From an uncultured Bacteroides sp. (GTDB lineage Bacteria; Bacteroidota; Bacteroidia; Bacteroidales; Muribaculaceae), in NCBI GenBank assembly GCA_964544895.1, contig CAZJEA010000001.1, positions 9,475 to 73,474 on the forward strand: a DNA stretch of 64,000 nucleotides, in the 5' to 3' direction. The notes beneath the pieces are model-generated. The model was not told where the DNA came from, made no database searches, and saw only the letters and a list, made by a program, of their open reading frames with translations. Numbering within the stretch: the stretch's first letter is position 1; every line of letters begins with the position of its first letter. Below are positions 40,782 through 50,382 of the stretch, piece after piece. The position numbers and the translations under genes were made by a program.

Positions 40782-40794
40782 TAGAGTTAATAGT

Positions 40795-42150
40795 TTAGTT
40801 TAATATTCCAAATATGAAGATTGCCAAAATGGCGACAGGGGCAAACCATTTAAGCATAAAAATCAAAAATGTTGTGATGCGCATGCGCAATGTGCCATTA
40901 TTGCTTAGCTGACGACGCAACAATCCTTTTTCGGCAAACCATCCGGCGTAGATGCAGCCCGCCAATGCCACCAACGGCAACATATAAATGTTGGTGAACG
41001 CATCGAGAGCGTCAAATATCACCTTGCCGCAAATAGTGAAATCACTGAGCACGCCAAACGAGAGTGCGCACACGCCGCTAAGCGGGAAGATGGGCAAAAG
41101 CACACACCATGTTGCTTTCTTGCGCGACATACCAAAACGGTCTTGCATAAACTTCACGCTCACCTCGGCAATAGACACCGTCGACGTCAACGCTGCAACC
41201 ATCAGCAACAAGAAGAAAAGCACTGACCACAAACGCGACGCCGGAAGCATGGCAAAGACTTCGGGAAGTGTCACAAACACCAACGTTGTGCCACTCAATC
41301 CGTGATCGGCAAGTTTAAAGCTCGCCACAGCCGGAAATATTATCAAGCCCATAAGCATGGCTATCATCAACGTCATTGACACTACGGTTATTGAGGTGCG
41401 AGTGAGACGTGTGTCGGCTGGATAATATGCTGCATAAGTAATCAATATACCCATGCCCAAGCTCAACGAGAATAGAGCCTGTCCGAGTGCGCTAATGCAT
41501 ACTCCGGGGGTGATTTTCGAGAAATCAGGATTCAAAAAAAACTCAACGCCACTCATGGCATCGGGCAACGTAAGCGTCGTCACGCAAAACACTGCCAGCA
41601 AGATAAACAACAGTGGCATCATAATGTTCGACATTCGCTCTATACCTTTTTGTACACCGCCCAACAACACTATCACATTTAAGGCGACAAAAGCCAGCGT
41701 GTAAAAGAGCGGGGCATATCCGGTCATCACATATTGCTGCATGCACTGTATGAAGTGTCCCGAGTCGACAGCTGTGTCAGGATACATATTGCTGCCAAAA
41801 CTTTCTACAAGATATTCAAAAGTCCAGCCGCCAACAACCATGTAAAAGCACAAAATCATAAATGATACCAGCACAGCAGCTGCGCCGACAATCCACCAGC
41901 GGGTGCCGGGAGCAAGCTTTCGATATGTACCTACCGCATCTGAGCCTCCTTCGCGGCCCATCGCAAATTCGCTGAGCATAACCGGTACGCCTAACAAAAA
42001 AGTGCAAATTATGTATATGAGCAAAAATGCAGCGCCACCATTAGCTTGCACTTGTGCGGGGAAACGCCACACAGTGCCCAAACCTACAGCAGAGCCTACT
42101 GTTGCTGCAATCAAACCTATTTTTGAGCGAAATAATACTTTTTCTGACAT
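40795..42150 (-). CDS. Sodium-dependent transporter (NSS/SNF family), paralogue
   Basis: GSAVGLGTVWRFP, GVQKGIERMS, GQALFSLS. Confidence 0.92.
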   Translation of the reverse strand: MSEKVLFRSKIGLIAATVGSAVGLGTVWRFPAQVQANGGAAFLLIYIICTFLLGVPVMLSEFAMGREGGSDAVGTYRKLAPGTRWWIVGAAAVLVSFMILCFYMVVGGWTFEYLVESFGSNMYPDTAVDSGHFIQCMQQYVMTGYAPLFYTLAFVALNVIVLLGGVQKGIERMSNIMMPLLFILLAVFCVTTLTLPDAMSGVEFFLNPDFSKITPGVCISALGQALFSLSLGMGILITYAAYYPADTRLTRTSITVVSMTLMIAMLMGLIIFPAVASFKLADHGLSGTTLVFVTLPEVFAMLPASRLWSVLFFLLLMVAALTSTVSIAEVSVKFMQDRFGMSRKKATWCVLLPIFPLSGVCALSFGVLSDFTICGKVIFDALDAFTNIYMLPLVALAGCIYAGWFAEKGLLRRQLSNNGTLRMRITTFLIFMLKWFAPVAILAIFIFGILN

Positions 42151-42313
42151 AGTTTATCTTTTTCTATACTTTTAACTTGACTTTTGATTATATTTTTGCC
42201 TTGCAAGAGTACAAAATGATCAATTTTGAATCATAATCGGCAAATTTACAACAAAATACGCACATATTAAAACCATCAGTCAAAAAAAACACCCACCCCA
42301 AAAAAGTATGCCC

Positions 42314-42481
42314 TGCCGCGTAGCGAAGCCAATAATGTAGCCTCAGCCACCGACTGGCGCTATTGGAAATGCCGTGTAGCGAAGCTGATATTGTAGCCTC
42401 AGCCACCGACTAGTGCTATTGGAAATGCCGCGTAGCGAAGCTGATATTGTAGTCTCAGCCACCGACTAGTGCTATTGGAAA
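42314..42481 (+). repeat. Three tandem 56-bp repeats derived from the REP-like element
   Basis: Units start at 42314, 42370 and 42426, consensus tgccgYgtagcgaagctgatattgtagcctcagccaccgactagtgctattggaaa. No spacers. Confidence 0.92.
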
Positions 42482-42617
42482 TGCCGCGTGGCGGCTAGCG
42501 CACCGCAGAGCGGTGTCAATATTGTAGCCTCGGGTGAGGCCGGCAGAGCCGCCGTAACCCGAGGTACCCGCACCCACCACACGCCAGCGCTCCGCGTAGC
42601 GGTGCGTATAAAAAAAC
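42478..42617 (+). repeat. Dispersed REP-like element, full-length copy
   Basis: Stems gcaccgc/gcggtgt and GTAG-cctcgggt...acccgagg with inner cggc/gccg. Inverted relative to 1125-1242. Confidence 0.85.
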
Positions 42618-42625
42618 ACTTACAG

Positions 42626-42661
42626 AAAAAGCGAGCCTCGGGAAAACTCTCCCGAAGCTCG
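42626..42661 (-). terminator. Terminator for the DUF4493 lipoprotein cluster
   Basis: gcgagcctcggga...tcccgaagctcg hairpin with an adjacent A-run (T-run on the minus strand). Confidence 0.7.
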
Positions 42662-42688
42662 CCGCTTATTTAAACCTTAAAATGCGAA

Positions 42689-44839
42689 TTATTCGTAGAC
42701 TAACTCGAAGCTATCGAGATAAAGCGTCGAATTACCACCGGCGAAATAGTCGCCATAACGTGAAGCAGAGCAGGTGATCATGATATTTGAAGGAATAACA
42801 TTTTTCTTGTAATCAAGTGTTATTTCAAATTCAACCATACTGTCACCGCTTGTTGCTGATGTAAGCACTTTTTCTCCGTAAGCAATGACATTGTCATCGT
42901 CTTTAGAGAAGAACTCTTTCGTACCGGTATTTACTATAACAGGATAGCTCCATGTTGTACCACTCTTAGTGTAGCTCTTAGTTGTTTCATCGAGAAGAGC
43001 GATATAGATTATACCCATATCTGTATCTCCTTTACTGAGCGACGGAACGTCTGTGCTAGTTGACTCTACTGTGCCCGGAGTGTAGTGCAACCATCCTCTC
43101 AGTTTGGTAGGACGAGATGTCCAAGCACGACCCCAACCAAGCACTCCGTTTGTTCCGTTTGTAGTGAGATATTGTCCTACAAAGATGTTACCGGCAGCGA
43201 ATTTAGTAATTCCAAATAAGCCGACTTGCTGACTTGAAAGTTTAACGCTGTAAGTTCCGGCATGTACTTTTTCGGTTGAGAGTTGAGTGATGTTTGTATT
43301 TGCCGTGATTGAGCCGTGGTTACCTGAATCCCAGAACATTGACTCACCTGCATTGTAGAAGCAGATAGCGCCATCTGAACCGGTGCAGCTATTTTCGAAG
43401 CTAGAGTTCGGCAATTGCGAAGCCGTTTCGGTAGTGAAGCGATAGACTACTGACGAAGTAAACTCGTCGGCAGTGGCTACATATTCATACTGAGTGCCCG
43501 GAGTTAGGCCGGTCAAATTAGCTGAGATAGTAGTGCCGCTGGTTGTAGTGGTAGCTTCTGTCCACGTCTGAGTGCCGTAAACACGATATTTAAGACCTGC
43601 TTTTGTTATTTGCTCAGGTTTGAGTATCGTACCTGTGATGGTTGCTTTTGTTGCCCAAACATCTACAGTCTCTATGCTGTTTGTGATGATTGTTGCATCA
43701 GAAATAATAATATTCAACGAGCTGGTCGACTTCTTGCCCTTAGAGTCGGTAACGGTAAATTTAATTTCATACTCACCGTTTGTCAACTTATTGAGCAACG
43801 ACTCTTCGAAGTTTAGCTTCAACCACGAATTATCATTATCGGCATCGTAGCCCTCGGTGTAGTTAATGCCGGCAGCAACAAGGTTAGAGCTTACTGCATC
43901 TGACATGCGTTTGAGATCTACATCATCGCCGTCGATAATATCGCTGAGCAATGAGCTTTCAATAACAAAGCTGCTGAATGTGCCTGCCACGCAAGTGTAA
44001 ACCGATTTGCGGCCCACGTTACCTTGGTCTGAATAGATAGGACTAGTGATGTCGAAGTCGTAACCACTGATTTTAGGAGCCATTGTCAAGACTATTTCGT
44101 CTTCAACAACAATCGGGTTTTCTTCAATTTCGATTGTGAAATATCCGCCACCGATTTCTTCACCGGCTTTGTCTGTGTACGAAACATTGAGCACATATTC
44201 AGTAGCGGGTTTAGCATTTTCAATAACGCCTGACTTTGTGACCAATGTGTTGTCAGCCTCTGTGCCTTGCAAGTTCCACTGCAAGTTTTTGTCGGTGCTG
44301 GGCATCATGAAATAGCCCTTATCGTTTTCGTGATCAGCGTCAAAAACAAGTTCTCCACGTTGGTGGCCAACTGTTAGCGAGCGATTTGAGAGCAATTCTT
44401 TTACCTCATCAGAGTATTTTACTGAGACTACAGAATTAGCTACAGTGCATTTGAGATTTACTGTGGTAGTATTACCGTTAGTGATGTCAAACTCTTCGCG
44501 TCCTTTGTAGTATTTCGAATCCCACGATGCTGAAATGCTATCGCCGGTCCAACCTTCTGCGATATAGTGATCTGAAACGAGGTTCACACTTGAGGGCACA
44601 TTGCTGAGTCCGTTATATTTGCGAACTGCTCCCTTCGAATTAGAAATCCAAAGTATCAGTTTATCGTTTAGATCTGCTTCAGTGTCGGCACGCGAAACGA
44701 CTTTCACATCCGAATTTATAGATGTAGAAATACGAAGTGTGCCTTCACCGCCCGATATGCCTTGATCGTCACTGCATGACGAAAGAGATGTTGCTGCTAT
44801 TGACAGCGCGCAAACTCCATATATTAATTTAGTATTCAT
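42689..44839 (-). CDS. DUF4493 + FN3 + PCMD domain surface lipoprotein
   Basis: Lipobox LSSC-SDD, VSRA, FN3 (LTGLTPGTQYEY), PCMD-like QLPNSSFE, WDSGNHG, FAAGNIF, SRPTKLRGW, STLYLDSFELVYE. Confidence 0.75.
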   Translation of the reverse strand: MNTKLIYGVCALSIAATSLSSCSDDQGISGGEGTLRISTSINSDVKVVSRADTEADLNDKLILWISNSKGAVRKYNGLSNVPSSVNLVSDHYIAEGWTGDSISASWDSKYYKGREEFDITNGNTTTVNLKCTVANSVVSVKYSDEVKELLSNRSLTVGHQRGELVFDADHENDKGYFMMPSTDKNLQWNLQGTEADNTLVTKSGVIENAKPATEYVLNVSYTDKAGEEIGGGYFTIEIEENPIVVEDEIVLTMAPKISGYDFDITSPIYSDQGNVGRKSVYTCVAGTFSSFVIESSLLSDIIDGDDVDLKRMSDAVSSNLVAAGINYTEGYDADNDNSWLKLNFEESLLNKLTNGEYEIKFTVTDSKGKKSTSSLNIIISDATIITNSIETVDVWATKATITGTILKPEQITKAGLKYRVYGTQTWTEATTTTSGTTISANLTGLTPGTQYEYVATADEFTSSVVYRFTTETASQLPNSSFENSCTGSDGAICFYNAGESMFWDSGNHGSITANTNITQLSTEKVHAGTYSVKLSSQQVGLFGITKFAAGNIFVGQYLTTNGTNGVLGWGRAWTSRPTKLRGWLHYTPGTVESTSTDVPSLSKGDTDMGIIYIALLDETTKSYTKSGTTWSYPVIVNTGTKEFFSKDDDNVIAYGEKVLTSATSGDSMVEFEITLDYKKNVIPSNIMITCSASRYGDYFAGGNSTLYLDSFELVYE

Positions 44840-44857
44840 GACTAGTAGACGATTTTA

Positions 44858-46174
44858 TTATTTATTTACAAAGGTTAGTGTTTTGGTCAACTCATTACCT
44901 TTCGAATCGACAACTTGTAGTTTGAATTTATGTACACCTTTGAAGTTAGGATTCTTCAACAATGGCACGAAATTCGAAATATCAAAGTCTAGTTCTGTAG
45001 CACCTACCACTTCATCTCCGACAGGAAGTCCGAGTGAATTTTTATAAATGCTGGCTTTATCGCCCGGGTTAGCGAGGTCGAAAGATGTCGGAATATCAAG
45101 ATCCGAAAGTGAGAGAAGGAAGTCTTCGCTATAACTATCTTGATCGGCATCCGGTTTCGGGTCGATTGTAACATACAAGTGTTCTATGCCGTTTTCTGCC
45201 TTGATATTTACAACATACGATTTGCTGGCATCAATTTCATTGGGCTCATCAAAGCTTGCTGTTGCGCAAGTGAAAGTGATGGGTGTGCTTTCAGTGTTGT
45301 CTCCACTGTTGTCGCCGCCACCTTCACCGGGCAGAGGATCTTCTTTGCCGGGACGGTCGCTGTCACCAAGGTTTTCTTCTTCGCTTGTAACATTGCCGGC
45401 TAGGTTTATTTCGTCATAGTCAACGTCTATTTTTATGCCGCCTTCAATGCTAATAGAACCGGTTTCTACAGGAGGTGTGGTGCTATTATCTTTGATTTTG
45501 AAGGTGATTTTGCGGTATTGACCTGCTTCTACGTCTGTAGCTTTAAAGCTCATGTACTCTTCGTTGCCGTCAACAGTACCTGTAAACTCAGCTACGAGAG
45601 TAGTGCTACCCTCAACAGCTTCGAAATAGCCGGCACGTGTTTCCTCTTTGGTAAACTCGAGTGAGCCTTCGTCGTTAACGTAAACTGTCACTTTGCAATC
45701 GTCGCCCATAAGAGCTTTAAGCTCGTCTGAGAAACCGATGGTTACTTTGATATTTGAAAGTGTGCAAGTAACAACGCCGATTTCGGTGATGGCATCGTTT
45801 GTTACAGAAAATGTTTTTTCGCCAACGAAATAGGGTTTTTCCCATTCGGCTTTTTGCACCTCATGGCTTTTCACTTTCACTTTGTAGTTGCCTACGGGCA
45901 AAGTGAAAAGCTCGGGCATTGCGCTATATTTCCAGCTTGCTGCTGTTGAGTTGTCGTCTGTATTTACAATGTCTATCAAGAAGTCTGATAGGTCAACTGA
46001 AGCACGACTTGAAGCAATAACTTTCTCAACATTATTAATCTCAACGCCAATAGAGCTGAGATTTACGCTACCTTCTCCGGTCGTTTTTACTCCCGGGTTG
46101 AGATCATCGTGACACGAGGTCAGCCCAAGCGCTAGAACAAATAGGGTTAGCAAAGAAAATATCTTATTTTTCAT
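44858..46174 (-). CDS. DUF4493 domain lipoprotein
   Basis: Lipobox LTSC-HDD, SSRA, LPVGNYKV, KPYFVG, CTLSNIKV. P/G/D-rich linker and Ig-like C-terminus. Confidence 0.75.
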   Translation of the reverse strand: MKNKIFSLLTLFVLALGLTSCHDDLNPGVKTTGEGSVNLSSIGVEINNVEKVIASSRASVDLSDFLIDIVNTDDNSTAASWKYSAMPELFTLPVGNYKVKVKSHEVQKAEWEKPYFVGEKTFSVTNDAITEIGVVTCTLSNIKVTIGFSDELKALMGDDCKVTVYVNDEGSLEFTKEETRAGYFEAVEGSTTLVAEFTGTVDGNEEYMSFKATDVEAGQYRKITFKIKDNSTTPPVETGSISIEGGIKIDVDYDEINLAGNVTSEEENLGDSDRPGKEDPLPGEGGGDNSGDNTESTPITFTCATASFDEPNEIDASKSYVVNIKAENGIEHLYVTIDPKPDADQDSYSEDFLLSLSDLDIPTSFDLANPGDKASIYKNSLGLPVGDEVVGATELDFDISNFVPLLKNPNFKGVHKFKLQVVDSKGNELTKTLTFVNK

Positions 46175-46192
46175 TTTGTCTATGTGTTGTGA

Positions 46193-48664
46193 TTAGTAAT
46201 TGAGTGAAAGATCATCTATGTAAAGTTGCGAACCGAGATACATACCATCACTGAGGTTTCCAAATGTAGGATAGCTCATATATGACGAGCTAAGTTGCAA
46301 GAAATCGGTTGAATAGGTAGACATGAACTTAACATATATTTTTGTTGCTTTTGCGGCACCGGCAACATAGGTTAAGGGCACTGACACTTGTGTGTAAGAG
46401 TCTACTGCTGTCAACGATTTTGTGCCTGAAGCAATCACTTGGTCTCCGGCATAAACAATCACTTCTGCTACGCCATGGTCGTTTGCATTTTTAGCGGTAT
46501 ATTTATACCAGAAGCTAAACGATGACGGACGTGAAGTGAAGCTTATAGGTGCAGCGTATGCTGTTTGGTCAAGACTACCTGCCTTTGCGGTATTACCGTC
46601 TTCACGCGAAGTGCGACCTGAGCCTAAATGCAATAGACCGGCGTCAATATATTTACAGGTTGCAGTTGAAGTTTCACCAACAGCATTATTGCTACTACCC
46701 CAACCGACTGTGCGAATAAGGGCTGCATACGTACCGTTGTGAGCATCAGTTGTATAGATTGTACCAGACGAAGTGCAATAAGCTAAACCGTTGCGATTAG
46801 AAGTCGCACTCGTCTTATCACCACCTTGGCTGGTTGTCAACAAATTATTTGTACCCCATTGGGTTGATGTTGATGATCCAAGATAATCAATCCACCAATA
46901 TTTTGTCTTTCCTTCTACACGAGTCCAAGTTTCCATATCTGCGTTCGGAAGTTGAGCCTCGGCTTCGGTAGTGAATGTGCGAATTGTTTCAAGTGCAGCG
47001 CCATTGGCATAGCCGACAACTTCGTATGTGGTTGAAGGTGTGAGTCCGGTGAGCTCGGCAGTGATATTTTTACCGCTAACTGTGCCTATCGGTGTCCAAG
47101 TTGTTTCGCCTTGTTTGCGATATGCGAGTTGCGGATTTACAGCGCTCGATTTTCTTACCGTACCGGCAAGTGTTGCTTTTGTAGCAAACACGTTGTTTTC
47201 GTTTACTACTGATGCCATTACTGATTCGACATTGCGCTCAATTTTAACATGGTCTGTTGTCTTTGAGCCGATAACGAGGTAATATTCAACTTCGTCCATA
47301 TCTGAAGGCACAGTGAACGAAACTTTATATTCGTTTGAAGCACCTGTAGCTGTTACGCTTGTAACGGTAGCAGTGTTGTATGTGCCACGCTCGTTGAGGT
47401 AGTAAGCCTTAATATCGTTGTACTTTGTGCCGTTATAGCTAACTGTTGCAACAACGTCTGCGTCGTCGGCATTAAATTGTTCTGTACCGGTCACGCTAAA
47501 TGTGAGCGGCTCAACATTAATCTTAAATGAGAACGGATCGCTGGCTTTGCTATAGCGGTCGTAAACTTTAAGTGTGAATTGTGCTTCGTTAGTATAATTG
47601 GGCACTTTGGTGAAGTCAACTACTGCCATACGGTCAGGATTTTGCCACAAGCCAACAGTATTTAAGCCAAGTTGCTTGAGAAGCGCTTGTTCGCTTGATG
47701 TCGCATTGAGCAAGTTGATTTCAGCAGGCCAACCTTTAGCAAGAAGATCGGTGCTTACGGTGGTGAGGACTACGCGAGCCAACGTGCCGCGGGCAACAAT
47801 GTTTGCTTTGATTGATGAGAGGTCTTCACCTTCTATTAAGTTGAAAATTTGACCGTCGCTAACGCCATCACCGGTGATTACAGGAGCCGGAGCGTTTAGC
47901 AAATCATCGCTAAGGTCTATTTCAACGGGATCTTGATTGAGAGTATCATCGTAGCTAACAACAAGAACTGCATCGCCAACACCACCTTCGTTAACGTCAA
48001 CTGTGATGGTGTAGTGGTGACGAGCTTCAGCTGTAAATTCGGCAGCCAAAACTGTAGCTACGGTGCCATTTTGTTTTGCAAAAGTAACGTCGATGGTTAC
48101 AGCACCGGGGCGCATGTAACATGGACGAGTTTCGTCTTTATCGAAATATTGTTGCTCACCGCCTGCAGAGTGTGCAATGCTATTCCAGTCGCTCATATAC
48201 TTTTTGAAAGCATCGGTATAAGCGATAGAAACCATAGTGTTTGCCATGGTAGCAGTGAGTTTCACTTCTGATGTTTCGTCTTCGTGGACTACGATATTCT
48301 GACTACCGTAAAATGCCGGACATTCAAAGCCTTCTGTCTCTACTGAGCCATACATTGCTTCTACCAAGTAGTTGCCTACGGGGAATGATGTGTCGGCAGG
48401 GAACGATGAGATTGAACTCCATGAGCCATTGTACTTGCCGTCTTCTGAAGTTATTTTCAACGCCAAATCGTTGACGGTAACTTCACTAGCTTCGGCACGA
48501 GACGCAGATTTCTTTGAGCTAATAACCTCAGTATTAAGCTCAACAAGTGGCGCTATTTTGCCTTGTGCGCTTCCCCCTTCTACACCAATATCATCATGGC
48601 ATGAGGTAGCACCCATTATTGTAGCAAATGATAGCATCCACGCATAACACTTCTGTTTATTCAT
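46193..48664 (-). CDS. DUF4493 + FN3 + PCMD-like domain surface lipoprotein
   Basis: Lipobox ATSC-HDD, ASRA, FPVGNYLV, FN3 LTGLTPSTTYEV, QLPNADME, SRPSSFSFWYKY, SQLYIDDLSLNY. Confidence 0.75.
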   Translation of the reverse strand: MNKQKCYAWMLSFATIMGATSCHDDIGVEGGSAQGKIAPLVELNTEVISSKKSASRAEASEVTVNDLALKITSEDGKYNGSWSSISSFPADTSFPVGNYLVEAMYGSVETEGFECPAFYGSQNIVVHEDETSEVKLTATMANTMVSIAYTDAFKKYMSDWNSIAHSAGGEQQYFDKDETRPCYMRPGAVTIDVTFAKQNGTVATVLAAEFTAEARHHYTITVDVNEGGVGDAVLVVSYDDTLNQDPVEIDLSDDLLNAPAPVITGDGVSDGQIFNLIEGEDLSSIKANIVARGTLARVVLTTVSTDLLAKGWPAEINLLNATSSEQALLKQLGLNTVGLWQNPDRMAVVDFTKVPNYTNEAQFTLKVYDRYSKASDPFSFKINVEPLTFSVTGTEQFNADDADVVATVSYNGTKYNDIKAYYLNERGTYNTATVTSVTATGASNEYKVSFTVPSDMDEVEYYLVIGSKTTDHVKIERNVESVMASVVNENNVFATKATLAGTVRKSSAVNPQLAYRKQGETTWTPIGTVSGKNITAELTGLTPSTTYEVVGYANGAALETIRTFTTEAEAQLPNADMETWTRVEGKTKYWWIDYLGSSTSTQWGTNNLLTTSQGGDKTSATSNRNGLAYCTSSGTIYTTDAHNGTYAALIRTVGWGSSNNAVGETSTATCKYIDAGLLHLGSGRTSREDGNTAKAGSLDQTAYAAPISFTSRPSSFSFWYKYTAKNANDHGVAEVIVYAGDQVIASGTKSLTAVDSYTQVSVPLTYVAGAAKATKIYVKFMSTYSTDFLQLSSSYMSYPTFGNLSDGMYLGSQLYIDDLSLNY

Positions 48665-48769
48665 GCGTTAAATAGGTTTTTATTTTATATAATGATTGTA
48701 TTCTATTTTTGTATAATATAACTCGTATTTAGACTGTTTTGTAATAAAAAAGTTTAAACATACATTCGG

Positions 48770-48777
48770 CAAATGTA
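48770..48777 (-). promoter_or_regulatory. -7 promoter box for the lipoprotein cluster
   Basis: TACATTTG on the minus strand, about 105 nt upstream of the first ATG. Confidence 0.5.
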
Positions 48778-48881
48778 CGAATTTTAATTCGTTAGGACAA
48801 AATTTTTACCAAAATTCGCCAATCCAACGGCAGTTTTGACCAACAGATTTACACCCAAATCACCCTCATCCAACAACAATT

Positions 48882-50198
48882 TCAGTTATTAAATCTATAC
48901 AAAAAAGCTTCTATTGCATAAAGGGGAATATTCGTCACCCATTCTTGTTCCATAAAATTCTTCATAGAGAATCTATATCCATGCAAGCCACTTCCGGCAT
49001 TGTCTATTGTAATAAATTGTTTTAGCGATTTAGATTTCACATTTTCTTCTGCCTTAACTTCAATAGGTATTATGTTTAGACCGTATTGCACCACAAAATC
49101 TATTTCTACCGTAGAATTTTCTTTAGTGAAATAGGCTATCGTTATATCTTTGTTTGCTATTAGCTGTGTAAGAACATAATTTTCAGAAAAAGCGCCTTTG
49201 TATTCAGAAAATATATTGTTGCCGACAAGCATTAGTGCAGCCGGCGCTTGTGTCATCGCCCCAAGAAGCCCAACATCGAGCAAGAAAAGTTTAAACGAAT
49301 CATGCTGTATATAAAAGTTTAGCGGCATTGCTACTTTGCTCACTCTGCGCACTTTGTATACCAAACCGGCATCAACAAGCCATTGAATGGCGTTTTCGTA
49401 GTCGTTAGCTCGCGCTCCTTTTTTAAGTGCTCCAAAGATGAATTTTTTATTCTCCTTTGCCAACTGAGACGGGATAGACTGAAATACCATGCGTGCGCGA
49501 AGTGTGTCAACACCGGCATGTTTGGCTATGTCGGCTTCGTATGCAGCTATTATATTCAACTGTATCTGGCGCACTTTGTCCGTATTTTTTGAGCGTACAA
49601 ATTCGGCTACCGCTTCAGGCATACCTCCTACAAAATAATATTGCCGAAGCAAATCAATGTATGACTGCGATATTGTATTAACAACATTTTGGTTGGCTGA
49701 ATCTCTTAGCAAATCACATTTTTGAGTTTCGCCCAAGGCTAGCAAAAACTCAGCAAATGTCATAGGATACATGTGCAAAATGTCAACCTTGCCGGTAGGA
49801 AAGGATATGTCTTGCATATTGAGAACCCCCAACAACGAACCTGCAACTGCAATATGAATATCGGGCGCTTCTTCGCAAAAGTATTTGAGAGAAGCAACAA
49901 CTTCGGGCACTTCCTGCACTTCGTCAAGAAATATAAGCGTGCGACCCGGAGTGATATTTTCTGAGGATAATGCCGATAAACCCAATAAGATGCGCGATAC
50001 ATTTTTGTCTTCTTTGAAAAGAGAGACTATGTCGGGGTTCATATAGCAATTTATATATATAACATTGTCATACTCCCGGCTACCGAACTCCTTTAAGATA
50101 TATGTCTTGCCTACCTGTCGGGCACCATATAGCATCAAGGGCTTACGTCGCTCTGATTCTTTCCACGTTTTTAGCTGTTGATATATGCTACGCTCCAT
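48882..50198 (-). CDS. AAA_14 + DUF4143 ATPase with C-terminal PD-(D/E)xK-like motif
   Basis: Walker A GARQVGKT, Walker B IFLDEVQ, GSLLG, GGMPE, DVGLL, EIDFV...PIEVK. Confidence 0.88.
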   Translation of the reverse strand: MERSIYQQLKTWKESERRKPLMLYGARQVGKTYILKEFGSREYDNVIYINCYMNPDIVSLFKEDKNVSRILLGLSALSSENITPGRTLIFLDEVQEVPEVVASLKYFCEEAPDIHIAVAGSLLGVLNMQDISFPTGKVDILHMYPMTFAEFLLALGETQKCDLLRDSANQNVVNTISQSYIDLLRQYYFVGGMPEAVAEFVRSKNTDKVRQIQLNIIAAYEADIAKHAGVDTLRARMVFQSIPSQLAKENKKFIFGALKKGARANDYENAIQWLVDAGLVYKVRRVSKVAMPLNFYIQHDSFKLFLLDVGLLGAMTQAPAALMLVGNNIFSEYKGAFSENYVLTQLIANKDITIAYFTKENSTVEIDFVVQYGLNIIPIEVKAEENVKSKSLKQFITIDNAGSGLHGYRFSMKNFMEQEWVTNIPLYAIEAFLYRFNN

Positions 50199-50229
50199 AA
50201 GTATATTAAAATGTGAATGTTACATATCG

Positions 50230-50260
50230 CAAAGTTAGCAAATAAAACTCATTATGCAAA
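50230..50260 (-). promoter_or_regulatory. Promoter of the first AAA-DUF4143 gene
   Basis: Minus strand TTTG (50257-50260), 19 nt, TAACTTTG (50230-50237). Confidence 0.7.
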
Positions 50261-50271
50261 TTAAAATACAT

Positions 50272-50341
50272 TTTTATGGACGAATAAATGTAGTTCGACT
50301 ACACTTTTATGGACGAATAAATGTAGTTCGACTACACTTTT
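50272..50341. repeat. Two perfect tandem 33-bp repeats with an internal hairpin
   Basis: ttttatggacgaataaatgtagttcgactacac at 50272 and 50305. Each contains tgtagt-tcg-actaca. Confidence 0.92.
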
Positions 50342-50382
50342 CTTGGGGAATGATATGTTTTTAGTGCGGATTATTGCGTTGG

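Noticed and set aside
42314-42481. Possible CRISPR array
   Set aside because: The 56-bp units are contiguous with no unique spacers, there are no cas genes, and the units derive from the REP-like element.
49052-49080. dif-like sequence (...ttcaa taggta ttatgtttaga)
   Set aside because: Only the XerD-like arm resembles dif, the left arm does not, and it lies inside an accessory coding sequence.
50272-50341. Possible mini-CRISPR (33-bp palindromic repeat)
   Set aside because: The two units abut directly with no spacer, and there are no cas genes.
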